This document shows positions 1 through 6,970 of a stretch of DNA of 12,128 bases, in pieces (position 1 is the stretch's first letter; every line of letters begins with the position of its first letter). The position numbers were made by a program, and so were the translations under genes. The notes below the pieces were generated by a model. It was not told the origin of the DNA and did no database searches. It saw nothing but the letters and a program-made list of their open reading frames with translations. This DNA comes from a bacterium (lineage in GTDB: Bacteria > Hinthialibacterota > Hinthialibacteria > Hinthialibacterales > Hinthialibacteraceae), in contig JBHGBC010000176.1 of assembly GCA_041946805.1 (NCBI GenBank), positions 1 to 12,128 on the forward strand, given 5' to 3'.

Positions 1-30
1 GGGAATGGGTTACCTTGGTCCCGGCAATTT

Positions 31-75
31 CCCAGGGCTGAAGCCCTGGGCTAGTTTAAAAGCGCCATTGGCGCT
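31..75. repeat. REP-like double hairpin
   Basis: Perfect 8-bp stem CCCAGGGC-tgaa-GCCCTGGG (31-50), a 10-nt spacer, then AGCGCC-att-GGCGCT (61-75). It lies 70 nt downstream of the priA stop. The same architecture recurs, degenerate, at 12029-12078. Confidence 0.65.
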
Positions 76-145
76 GGCACGGCCATCCCGCATTTTCGTA
101 ACTCATTCATGCCGAAAACTCATCAGAACCTATTCCCTCATGGAA

Positions 146-2374
146 TCATAGCATATCCGCGGGGTCAACATCTTGGACGATGCGCAAATCCTTGCGCCGC
201 TGTGTGAGCAGTTTGAGGAGCGCGTCCAGTGACAGCAGGGCGCGGATGGCCTGGTGGCTGCGGCTTTTGAGCGCCACCTGCCAGCGGAAAAAATCACGCA
301 GGCGGTAGAGAGGCGCTTCCACGGGCGGCAGCAGCGTGACGCCTTCCTTGCCATGGCGGGCGGCGGAAAGAATGGAGTAGAGTTCCCACGCCTTGCCGCG
401 GGCCACGTCCTCGATGGTGGATTCGACGCGCCACAGGACAATGCGGGAATAGGGCGGGAATCCGATCAGGCGGCGGTAGCGGATTTCCTTTTCGAAAAAG
501 GCGTTGTAGTCCTGGGTAAGGGCCAGTTGGATGCTGTAGTGATCCGGGCAATAGGTTTGAATGAAGACTTCACCGGGATGCTCGCCACGGCCCGCCCGGC
601 CCGCCACCTGGGTCAGCAGCGCGAAGGTGCGTTCGGCGGCGCGGAAATCGGGCAGTGAAAGGGCGTAATCGGCATTGAGGACGCCGACCAGCGTGACGTT
701 GGGGAAATCCAGACCCTTGGCGATCATTTGCGTCCCCACCAGGATGTCGCTTTCACCCTGGCGGAACGGGGCCAGGAGGCGGTCGTGTTCACCCTTCGGC
801 CGGGTAGTGTCGCGGTCGAGACGCACCACACGCGCGCCGGGAATCTTTTCTTCCACTTCAAGCACGACCCGCTCGGTGCCGTATCCCCGCTGGCGGATGA
901 ATTTTTCGGCGCAGGCGGGGCAATCCTCCGGCGGCGGCTTGCGGGCGTCGCAATGGTGGCAGATCAGCACGCGCTGGCTGTTGTGGAAGACCAAGGCCAC
1001 ACTGCAATGATCGCACATCAGGATATGCCCGCAATGGTTGCAGATCAGGGAGGTGGCGAAGCCGCGGCGGTTGAGAAACAGGATGGATTGCCGGCGGTTC
1101 TCGTAACGGTCCCACAGCGCCTCGAGCAATTCGCGGCTGAGGATGGCTTCGTCCCCGGCGCGTCCCCGCATGTCCACCAGCTGAACCGTAGGCAGGCCAT
1201 GGGTAGAAGCGCGCTGGGTCAATTCGATGCCCTCGTATTTCCCGGACCGGACGTTGTAGGCCGATTCGGCGGAGGGGGTGGCGGATCCCAGCACGGCCAG
1301 CGTCCCGGCCAGATGGGCGCGGACCACGGCCAGGTCCCGGGCGTGGTAGCGGGGGCTGGGATCGGATTGCTTATAGGAACTGTCGTGTTCCTCGTCCACG
1401 ATAATCAAACCGGGATTCTCCAGGGGCGCGAAGATAGCCGAACGGGTGCCCACCAGGATGGGGCGTTCCCCGTGGCGGGCCATGCGCCATTCGTCGTAGC
1501 GTTCGCCCTGCCCCAAGCCGCTGTGCAGGATCCCCACGCGGTCCCCAAAGCGGGAACGGAAGCGGTCCATGGTTTGGGGCGTGAGGGAGATTTCAGGAAT
1601 CAACACCAGCGCCGTTTTCCCCAGACGCAGCCCGGTTTCGATGGCGCGCAGGTAGATCTCCGTCTTGCCGCTGCCGGTAATCCCCTGGATGAGAATGGGC
1701 TTGGGCGAAGGCTGCCGCAGGGAGCGCTCGATGAGGGCCAGCGCCTGTTCCTGGTCAGGGGTGAGCACCAGGCCGGTGGCGTAATCCCCCTTATAGGCAA
1801 ACTGGGGCACGCGCGCTTGTTCCCGGGATTCGATCCGGAGCCAGCCGTGCTTTTCCAGAGTTTTCAGCGTGGAAGGATACACACCCAATTCGCGGGAGAC
1901 GCCGGCGGGCGAAAGCAGCGTTTTCCGGTGGATGAGGAACTCGATCACCCGCCGTTGATTGGGCTTCTGAATGGCCTCGGGAACCTGCGCGCTGGCCAGG
2001 ATGTGGTCGTCCAGCAATACCACCTTGACCATCCGGGGGCGCGTGGCCGGCGAAAAAGGGTAAGCGGCGGAGAAAGTCTCACCCAGCGAGGCCATGTAGT
2101 AATCGGCGGTCCAGCGAAGGAAACGGAGCAGTTCGGGTCCGAACAGGGGCTCCTCATCGACCAGGTGCAGGACCGGTTTGAGATCCGTAATCTCCCCGGG
2201 AGGATTTTCCAACAGATTGACAGCAAATCCCAATGACTTGCGGTTCCCAAGTTGGGCATAGAGACGGCATCCGGGCAAGATTTTGCCCCGTAGCGGCTCC
2301 GGAATGCCATACGTGAAGAGTTGCCGGGCCGGAATAGGGAAAGCCACTTCAATGTAGCTAAAATTGTTACCCAT
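146..2374 (-). CDS. priA: Primosomal protein N' (replication restart helicase PriA), 742 aa
   Basis: N-terminal 3'-DNA-binding-like region (YIEVAFPIP..LFTYGIP), Walker A GITGSGKT, LIPEISLTPQ, DEEH box, SAT motif III, four CxxC motifs (CNHC, CDHC, CHHC, CPAC), GTQMIAKGLDFP and motif VI QVAGRAGR. No clear SD upstream of the ATG. Confidence 0.98.
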   Translation of the reverse strand: MGNNFSYIEVAFPIPARQLFTYGIPEPLRGKILPGCRLYAQLGNRKSLGFAVNLLENPPGEITDLKPVLHLVDEEPLFGPELLRFLRWTADYYMASLGETFSAAYPFSPATRPRMVKVVLLDDHILASAQVPEAIQKPNQRRVIEFLIHRKTLLSPAGVSRELGVYPSTLKTLEKHGWLRIESREQARVPQFAYKGDYATGLVLTPDQEQALALIERSLRQPSPKPILIQGITGSGKTEIYLRAIETGLRLGKTALVLIPEISLTPQTMDRFRSRFGDRVGILHSGLGQGERYDEWRMARHGERPILVGTRSAIFAPLENPGLIIVDEEHDSSYKQSDPSPRYHARDLAVVRAHLAGTLAVLGSATPSAESAYNVRSGKYEGIELTQRASTHGLPTVQLVDMRGRAGDEAILSRELLEALWDRYENRRQSILFLNRRGFATSLICNHCGHILMCDHCSVALVFHNSQRVLICHHCDARKPPPEDCPACAEKFIRQRGYGTERVVLEVEEKIPGARVVRLDRDTTRPKGEHDRLLAPFRQGESDILVGTQMIAKGLDFPNVTLVGVLNADYALSLPDFRAAERTFALLTQVAGRAGRGEHPGEVFIQTYCPDHYSIQLALTQDYNAFFEKEIRYRRLIGFPPYSRIVLWRVESTIEDVARGKAWELYSILSAARHGKEGVTLLPPVEAPLYRLRDFFRWQVALKSRSHQAIRALLSLDALLKLLTQRRKDLRIVQDVDPADML

Positions 2375-2826
2375 TGATATAAAATAGGTTATTGTCCATG
2401 TATTGAAGTAGAATAGAAGGTTCCTCTTGGGCTCTGGATTCCTACCTATCTAAACCGGGCATTTCACCTTTCCATCGGGTATTAAACCGCAGAGATCAAC
2501 GAAACGTAACGCGTCTCGTTCACCCTTGTACTGTGGGAGAAAGCCGGATCGGGGAACATCGATGAAAGGACATCATTCCGGTTCATCGGTCAAGGCAATA
2601 TTCATATCTGTTTTTCGGCCGGTCACGCATCGCGGGGAACGAAGAGAAGCACCCCAAAATCCAATTCCACTCCGGGTGAGGATCTGGGTGAGGAATTAAT
2701 GCGGGAGTGGATCTTGGTGTCCACCCGCATCCTGGAGGGGATGGCAAACAATATTTCTGAACCTATACGCATTTCCCAGATGAGCCTAAAAATGGAATGA
2801 TACCCTCTTCTTTTTGGCATCAAATA

Positions 2827-2915
2827 TGCTATCATGCATTGAAACAATACAAAATATCCAAATATATTATCGAAATGAAAAAAAATTTAATGAAAATGCT
2901 AAAATGGACTACAAT
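2827..2915 (+). promoter_or_regulatory. AT-rich region with several candidate sigma70 promoters for the 551-aa ORF
   Basis: 2821-2940 has 25 G+C in 120 nt (~21%). It contains TGcTATCAT (2827-2835), TTGAAA-N18-TATATT (2839-2868), extended -10 TGcTAAAAT (2897-2905) and TACAAT (2910-2915). Such motifs arise easily in AT-rich DNA. Confidence 0.5.
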
Positions 2916-2953
2916 ATTAAATAATTCGATTTATACCAATTCGTGACGCCATC

Positions 2954-4609
2954 ATGTTCTCACTCATCATGACACTCATCACGTTTCTCGCCATACTAAG
3001 CATGATCATCCTCTTTTGCGGAGTATTCACACCCAGCAAAGTAGGAATGCTCATCATGGACCTGGGTTTGCAAAGCTCCTGGTGGGGCAAGAAGACGACG
3101 GCCTTCTATCGTTGGAATTGGCGGAAAACCAACCGGGAACGTGTTTGGGCGGAACGCATCGTAAAGTCCGCTTTCCACCGGGCCAAGGTCTGGATTTCCA
3201 GCGAGGATTGCGAATTTTTCGCCCAACAATGCTACGAATTCAGCCAAAACCAGAAAGTTGATTACGTTCAAATCGTCCGCAAGGTCGAACAAATCGTCAA
3301 GCGGTCGGAATTGTACAACCAATCGGTCCAGAAACTCGTCAAGGAAATCCTCCAACGGGTGTGCTCCACCAGCGAGATCGAGGCGGCCCGCCTGCTCGAA
3401 GAAGCCGCCGTGGATTACGCTGTCCAGCGGCCGGCCCTGCCCAACTTCGGAATCTATGTGGTGCGGAAGACGGTGGAGCGTCTCGCCTCACTCGTCCTGG
3501 TCCGCACGGAGCCGGAAAATCCCGGCGACAGCCTGGAAAGCCGGATGGTGAGCGAGATCCAGGGACCCGAAGGCTGGCAGCATTGGCTGCACTTGTTCCG
3601 CACGCACTTGATGCTCGAATTGGAACAGGATTCCACGAAAAACGAGGCGGTAAGCAAGGCCATGGCCGTCAGCGTGCGCGGAGGGCTGTTGCAGGACTTC
3701 GAGGAAGACATCCTGGATCATACCGCGTTCGTCGAGACCCTGGAAAACCTGATCCCCCAGAACCGCCTGCGCCTGGAAAAAAGCCGGATCAAGGAGGTGG
3801 AGGATATCCTCTACACCTGGCAATTCGACAAGGACATTCCCTTTACCAGCGCCGACCATCGCCGCATCCGCTTCTTCCTGACCCGCAAAGACTTGTCCAC
3901 TTATTTCCAAGAAATCATCTTAAAAAAACTGCCCCGCGACTTTGGATCGCTCAGCGTGTTGATGAACCTGTTCCCCCGCCACGTGGTGTTTTATGGAGAA
4001 AACGCCAGCGCGCGGGATTTCGCCACCGAACAATATCTGGCTCACATCCAGGAATTGCTGGACGTCTTCGCCCGTCTGGCGGGTCAGGACGACGATCTTC
4101 CCGTCACGATCGTCATCCCCGCCGCCGATATCGAAACCCTGGTCAAAGAGAAATTGGCGGAATTGAAACTGAAAGCCAAGAAGGCCAGCCAGACGGGGGA
4201 GGTCATCGAACTGACCCGGCAGGCGCTTTGGGAAGTGATCGACCAGAAGAAAAAACGCAGCATCCGGAAACGCAAGCTGGATCCGGAAAGCGCGGACCTG
4301 AAAGGGTGGTTCATCAATCTCGCTTGGGATGAACAAAATACCCGCATCTTCGAGATATTCCAGTTCCCGCCGCTGGATGCCTACTCCCGGTTCGGATCGG
4401 ACGGCATTCTCGAAGTCGATTTCATCAGCGACCGGAAAGAAGCAAAATGTCAACGCTGGATGTTTTTCAAAGCGGTCCTGGATACGCTGATATGGAAGAC
4501 GCCGCCCTCCCGGACGGACAATCCCCCCGGACAACCGGATCCAGCCACGGACAAGCAACCGAATCCCCAACACCACCCCGCTTCCTGTTGGGAATCGGTA
4601 CCCGCCTAG
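2954..4609 (+). CDS. Hypothetical protein, 551 aa, with an N-terminal transmembrane anchor
   Basis: Long ORF with GC-rich third positions like its neighbours and a protein-like composition. Residues ~2-25 are hydrophobic (FSLIMTLITFLAILSMIILFCGVF). It has a basic patch KKKRSIRKRK and a Pro/Gln-rich C-terminal tail. No family motif recognised. The start is uncertain (no SD; several nearby ATGs). Confidence 0.85.
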   Translation: MFSLIMTLITFLAILSMIILFCGVFTPSKVGMLIMDLGLQSSWWGKKTTAFYRWNWRKTNRERVWAERIVKSAFHRAKVWISSEDCEFFAQQCYEFSQNQKVDYVQIVRKVEQIVKRSELYNQSVQKLVKEILQRVCSTSEIEAARLLEEAAVDYAVQRPALPNFGIYVVRKTVERLASLVLVRTEPENPGDSLESRMVSEIQGPEGWQHWLHLFRTHLMLELEQDSTKNEAVSKAMAVSVRGGLLQDFEEDILDHTAFVETLENLIPQNRLRLEKSRIKEVEDILYTWQFDKDIPFTSADHRRIRFFLTRKDLSTYFQEIILKKLPRDFGSLSVLMNLFPRHVVFYGENASARDFATEQYLAHIQELLDVFARLAGQDDDLPVTIVIPAADIETLVKEKLAELKLKAKKASQTGEVIELTRQALWEVIDQKKKRSIRKRKLDPESADLKGWFINLAWDEQNTRIFEIFQFPPLDAYSRFGSDGILEVDFISDRKEAKCQRWMFFKAVLDTLIWKTPPSRTDNPPGQPDPATDKQPNPQHHPASCWESVPA

Positions 4610-4662
4610 CGGTTCACTCACTCCGGAGGCGCATTCCCGCCCCGATCTCCTCCGCGCCAAGG

Positions 4663-4691
4663 CTGACTAACCACGGCCCCTGGTGTATCCT
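4663..4691 (+). promoter_or_regulatory. Candidate sigma70 promoter for the RfaE2-like gene
   Basis: CTGACT (4663-4668) - 17 nt - TATCCT (4686-4691), ending 31 nt before the ATG at 4723; SD GAGGAG lies just upstream of the start. Confidence 0.4.
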
Positions 4692-4722
4692 ATGAATCTC
4701 AATTCCCTTTCTTGAGGAGATC

Positions 4723-5208
4723 ATGATTTTTCACTTGAATCACAAAGAACAATGGGAACCCGTTTTGCGGCACTGGCGGGAAGCGGGCCAAACCATCGCC
4801 ACCACCAACGGCGCCTTCGACATCATCCACGTGGGCCATGTCAAACTGCTGCGCGAGGCCAAATCCCAGGGGGATAAACTGATCCTGGGCCTGAACAGCG
4901 ACATCTCCGTGAAACAATACAAAAGCGTCAACCGGCCCATCGTGCCCCAGGACGAGCGCGCCGCCCTGCTGGAGGCCATCCGCTACGTGGACCTCATCCT
5001 GATCTTCGATGAACCCGAAAGCCTCCGCTTCGTCCGCGAAGTGCGTCCGGACGTGCATGTCAAGGATTCCAGCTACGGATACAACTTGATCGAGGCCCCC
5101 ATCGTGCAGGAATACGGCGGGCGCATACATTTGGTCGAAAAAACCACGCACTCCACCACCAACATCATCAAAAGAGTGCTGGAGGTTTACGGGAAGGAGG
5201 GGTGCTAA
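4723..5208 (+). CDS. rfaE2: Stand-alone RfaE domain II / HldC-like nucleotidyltransferase (D-glycero-beta-D-manno-heptose 1-phosphate adenylyltransferase family), 161 aa
   Basis: TNGAFDIIHVGH (HxGH motif), GLNSDISVKQYK..RPI, ERAALL..IRYVD, FDEP and C-terminal STTNII; SD GAGGAG. The family is secure, the exact substrate less so. Confidence 0.85.
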   Translation: MIFHLNHKEQWEPVLRHWREAGQTIATTNGAFDIIHVGHVKLLREAKSQGDKLILGLNSDISVKQYKSVNRPIVPQDERAALLEAIRYVDLILIFDEPESLRFVREVRPDVHVKDSSYGYNLIEAPIVQEYGGRIHLVEKTTHSTTNIIKRVLEVYGKEGC

Positions 5209-5214
5209 TCCCCA

Positions 5215-5883
5215 TCAGCGCCCCCTCTCCTGAAACGCCCGCATGATGGGCGAGACCGCCCGCACCAGGATCCCGGCCAATTCATCCGGGGGCCGCATGC
5301 CATCCAAAACCATTCCGGCATGGACTTGGGAAGGATGCACATAGCGTTTCATCATCGGCAGGACGGTGGTTACATACTGCCGCGTAATGTCCATGCGGGA
5401 CCGGCCCCGCTCCTCCTGGTCCCGCTGAATCCGCCGCTGCAGGCAAATGCTCGATGGAGTGTCCACATAAACGGTCAGATCGAAGAGGGAGCGGATGGAT
5501 TCGATGGCCAAAAGCAGGATTCCTTCCACCACCACCAGTTCGGGCGGTTGGATGTCCTGCGTCCCCGTCCGGGAATGCGTATGGAAATCATACACCGGCG
5601 CCTGGATGGCCCGGCCGGCGGCCAGTTCCAGCAAATGGACGCGCAGCAGTTCCGTCTCCAGGGCGGCGGGACAGTCGAAATTGCTCCGCGCGCGTTCTTC
5701 AGGGGGAATCTGCGACAAATCGCGATAATAGAAGTCCAACGAGAGATGGGTGGCGGCCCAGGGCGCCCGGGCCAGGAATGCACGTGTCAGGGTGGATTTA
5801 CCGGAAGCGCTCGGTCCGGCGATGCCGGTCAGCGGTACGGCGCGGCGGGGGGAATCGAGGAGAAATGCGGGGATTGGAACCAT
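5215..5883 (-). CDS. udk: Uridine/cytidine kinase, 222 aa
   Basis: P-loop GIAGPSASGKST, SLDFYYRD, NFDCP (canonical NFDHP), PVYDFHTHSR, VVEGIL, RRIQRDQEERGR and QYVTTVLPM. Confidence 0.93.
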   Translation of the reverse strand: MVPIPAFLLDSPRRAVPLTGIAGPSASGKSTLTRAFLARAPWAATHLSLDFYYRDLSQIPPEERARSNFDCPAALETELLRVHLLELAAGRAIQAPVYDFHTHSRTGTQDIQPPELVVVEGILLLAIESIRSLFDLTVYVDTPSSICLQRRIQRDQEERGRSRMDITRQYVTTVLPMMKRYVHPSQVHAGMVLDGMRPPDELAGILVRAVSPIMRAFQERGR

Positions 5884-5892
5884 GAGGCGCTG

Positions 5893-6360
5893 TCAACGGG
5901 AGGGCGTCCGCCGGTTGGTGATGAACTTGATGAAGCGCAGTTCGTTGCCCTTTTCCGGATCGTACCGATAGTGAACCCGGTCCATGAAGGTCTTGATGAT
6001 TTGCAGGCCGTACCCCCGCTTGCGGGTGCGGTCGGTGAATTCATGCAGCGCGCGCGCTTTTTGAAAAGCCGAAGTAAAATCGTCACCGCAATCCCGGACG
6101 GTGATCTCCAGGGCGTCCGTTTGAATCCGGAGTTCGATGCGGATACAGGAGCCGTCGAATTTCCCTTGTTTCAGCAGCGTGCCTTCGATGGAATTGGCGC
6201 AAGCTTCATCCAGGCACAACTCCAATTGCAGGGCCTCCTCCTCGCTTAAATTCAATTCGCGGGCCATGCACCCCGCAAACCGCCGGAGAAGCGAGAGAAA
6301 TTGCGGATTGGGCGCGATTTCAATGGCGATACACGGTTTGCGCGTCGGTGTTCCGCTCAT
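5893..6360 (-). CDS. RsbW/SpoIIAB-like anti-sigma factor Ser kinase (HATPase_c_2 fold), 155 aa
   Basis: LSLLRRF helix, N-box EACANSIE, G1-like VRDCGDDF, G2-like RGYGLQIIKTFMDRV and C-terminal KGNELRFIK; adjacent to a STAS gene. Confidence 0.9.
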   Translation of the reverse strand: MSGTPTRKPCIAIEIAPNPQFLSLLRRFAGCMARELNLSEEEALQLELCLDEACANSIEGTLLKQGKFDGSCIRIELRIQTDALEITVRDCGDDFTSAFQKARALHEFTDRTRKRGYGLQIIKTFMDRVHYRYDPEKGNELRFIKFITNRRTPSR

Positions 6361-6434
6361 GCTTATCGACCCACGCGGCCTGTCTGCGCCACCACTTGTT
6401 GTTCCATTCCCGGCGCCGATCTCATGCCGCCGCT

Positions 6435-6848
6435 TTAATAGTCATCCTCGGGGAGAATCGGTTTTTTGTGCGCGAGTTTCTCCTGGTCGTCCAAAAAGGC
6501 TTGCTTGGCGGATTCGCAGTCGTCGTAGATCCGGATCAGGCGGGAAAAACCCAGCATATCGAACAGGTTGCGAACCTTGGTAGACATATTGGCCAACTTC
6601 AAATCGCCCTCGTTGTCCCGAACCTCGTGTAACATCCCCATCAGGACCCCCAGGCCGGCGCTGCTGATGTAGTTCAACCGGCCGAATTCCACAATGATGC
6701 GGTATTGTTCCTGATCAATCAGCGATTGCAAATGATCCTTCAGCTGTCGAAAGGTGCTGGAGTCGAGATAGCCCTCGATTTTGACGATCTGGACGGATAA
6801 GCCATCCACCTTTTCCATTGTTGAAGAGAAGTCAAATTTTTTGAACAT
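6435..6848 (-). CDS. STAS-domain anti-sigma factor antagonist (RsbV/SpoIIAA-like), 137 aa
   Basis: IEGYLDSST, LNYISSAGLGVL (predicted phospho-acceptor Ser63), GDLKLANM..KVRNLFDMLGF. Start re-assigned from the ORF-track 6902 to ATG 6848, which has a strong SD (GGAGGT). Confidence 0.93.
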   Translation of the reverse strand: MFKKFDFSSTMEKVDGLSVQIVKIEGYLDSSTFRQLKDHLQSLIDQEQYRIIVEFGRLNYISSAGLGVLMGMLHEVRDNEGDLKLANMSTKVRNLFDMLGFSRLIRIYDDCESAKQAFLDDQEKLAHKKPILPEDDY

Positions 6849-6902
6849 TGAGACCTCCCTGCCCAGGCTCCATGGTCCAATCGACCAGGCTTGCCACTTC
6901 AC

Positions 6903-6931
6903 AGTTTAAGCTGATTTGTCTTGGATTCCAA
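6903..6931 (-). promoter_or_regulatory. Candidate sigma70 promoter for STAS-RsbW-udk
   Basis: Minus strand TTGGAA (6931-6926) - 17 nt - TAAACT (6908-6903), about 55 nt upstream of the STAS ATG. Confidence 0.5.
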
Positions 6932-6970
6932 TCCCATTTTCACGGATTAGTCCCATCTCCGCCGGATCTC

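Noticed and set aside
728..2236. 502-aa + strand ORF
   Set aside because: Antisense shadow of priA. Long stop-free antisense frames are expected with GC-rich codon usage, and it has no motifs.
2621..2660. GGTCACGCA resembling the start of a c-di-GMP-I riboswitch
   Set aside because: The GCAAAC / GNRA stem / GACGCAAAGC core does not follow; chance match.
2623..2847. 74-aa minus-strand ORF in the intergenic region
   Set aside because: No SD, no motif, and it begins in the AT-rich promoter-like region. It cannot be supported without homology data.
3361..4332. 323-aa alternative-frame ORF inside the orphan gene
   Set aside because: Arg/Gly/Pro-rich composition typical of an off-frame GC-rich read.
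5215..5883. Cytidine-specific variant of the kinase
   Set aside because: The specificity position in YDFxxHxR is His, as in uridine-accepting enzymes, not the Tyr of the Thermus thermophilus cytidine-specific enzyme.
5320..6249. 309-aa + strand ORF
   Set aside because: Antisense to udk and the RsbW-like gene, both of which have clear family motifs.
6849..6902. ORF-track N-terminal extension of the STAS protein
   Set aside because: ATG 6848 has a strong GGAGGT SD, and the upstream start abuts the predicted -10 box.
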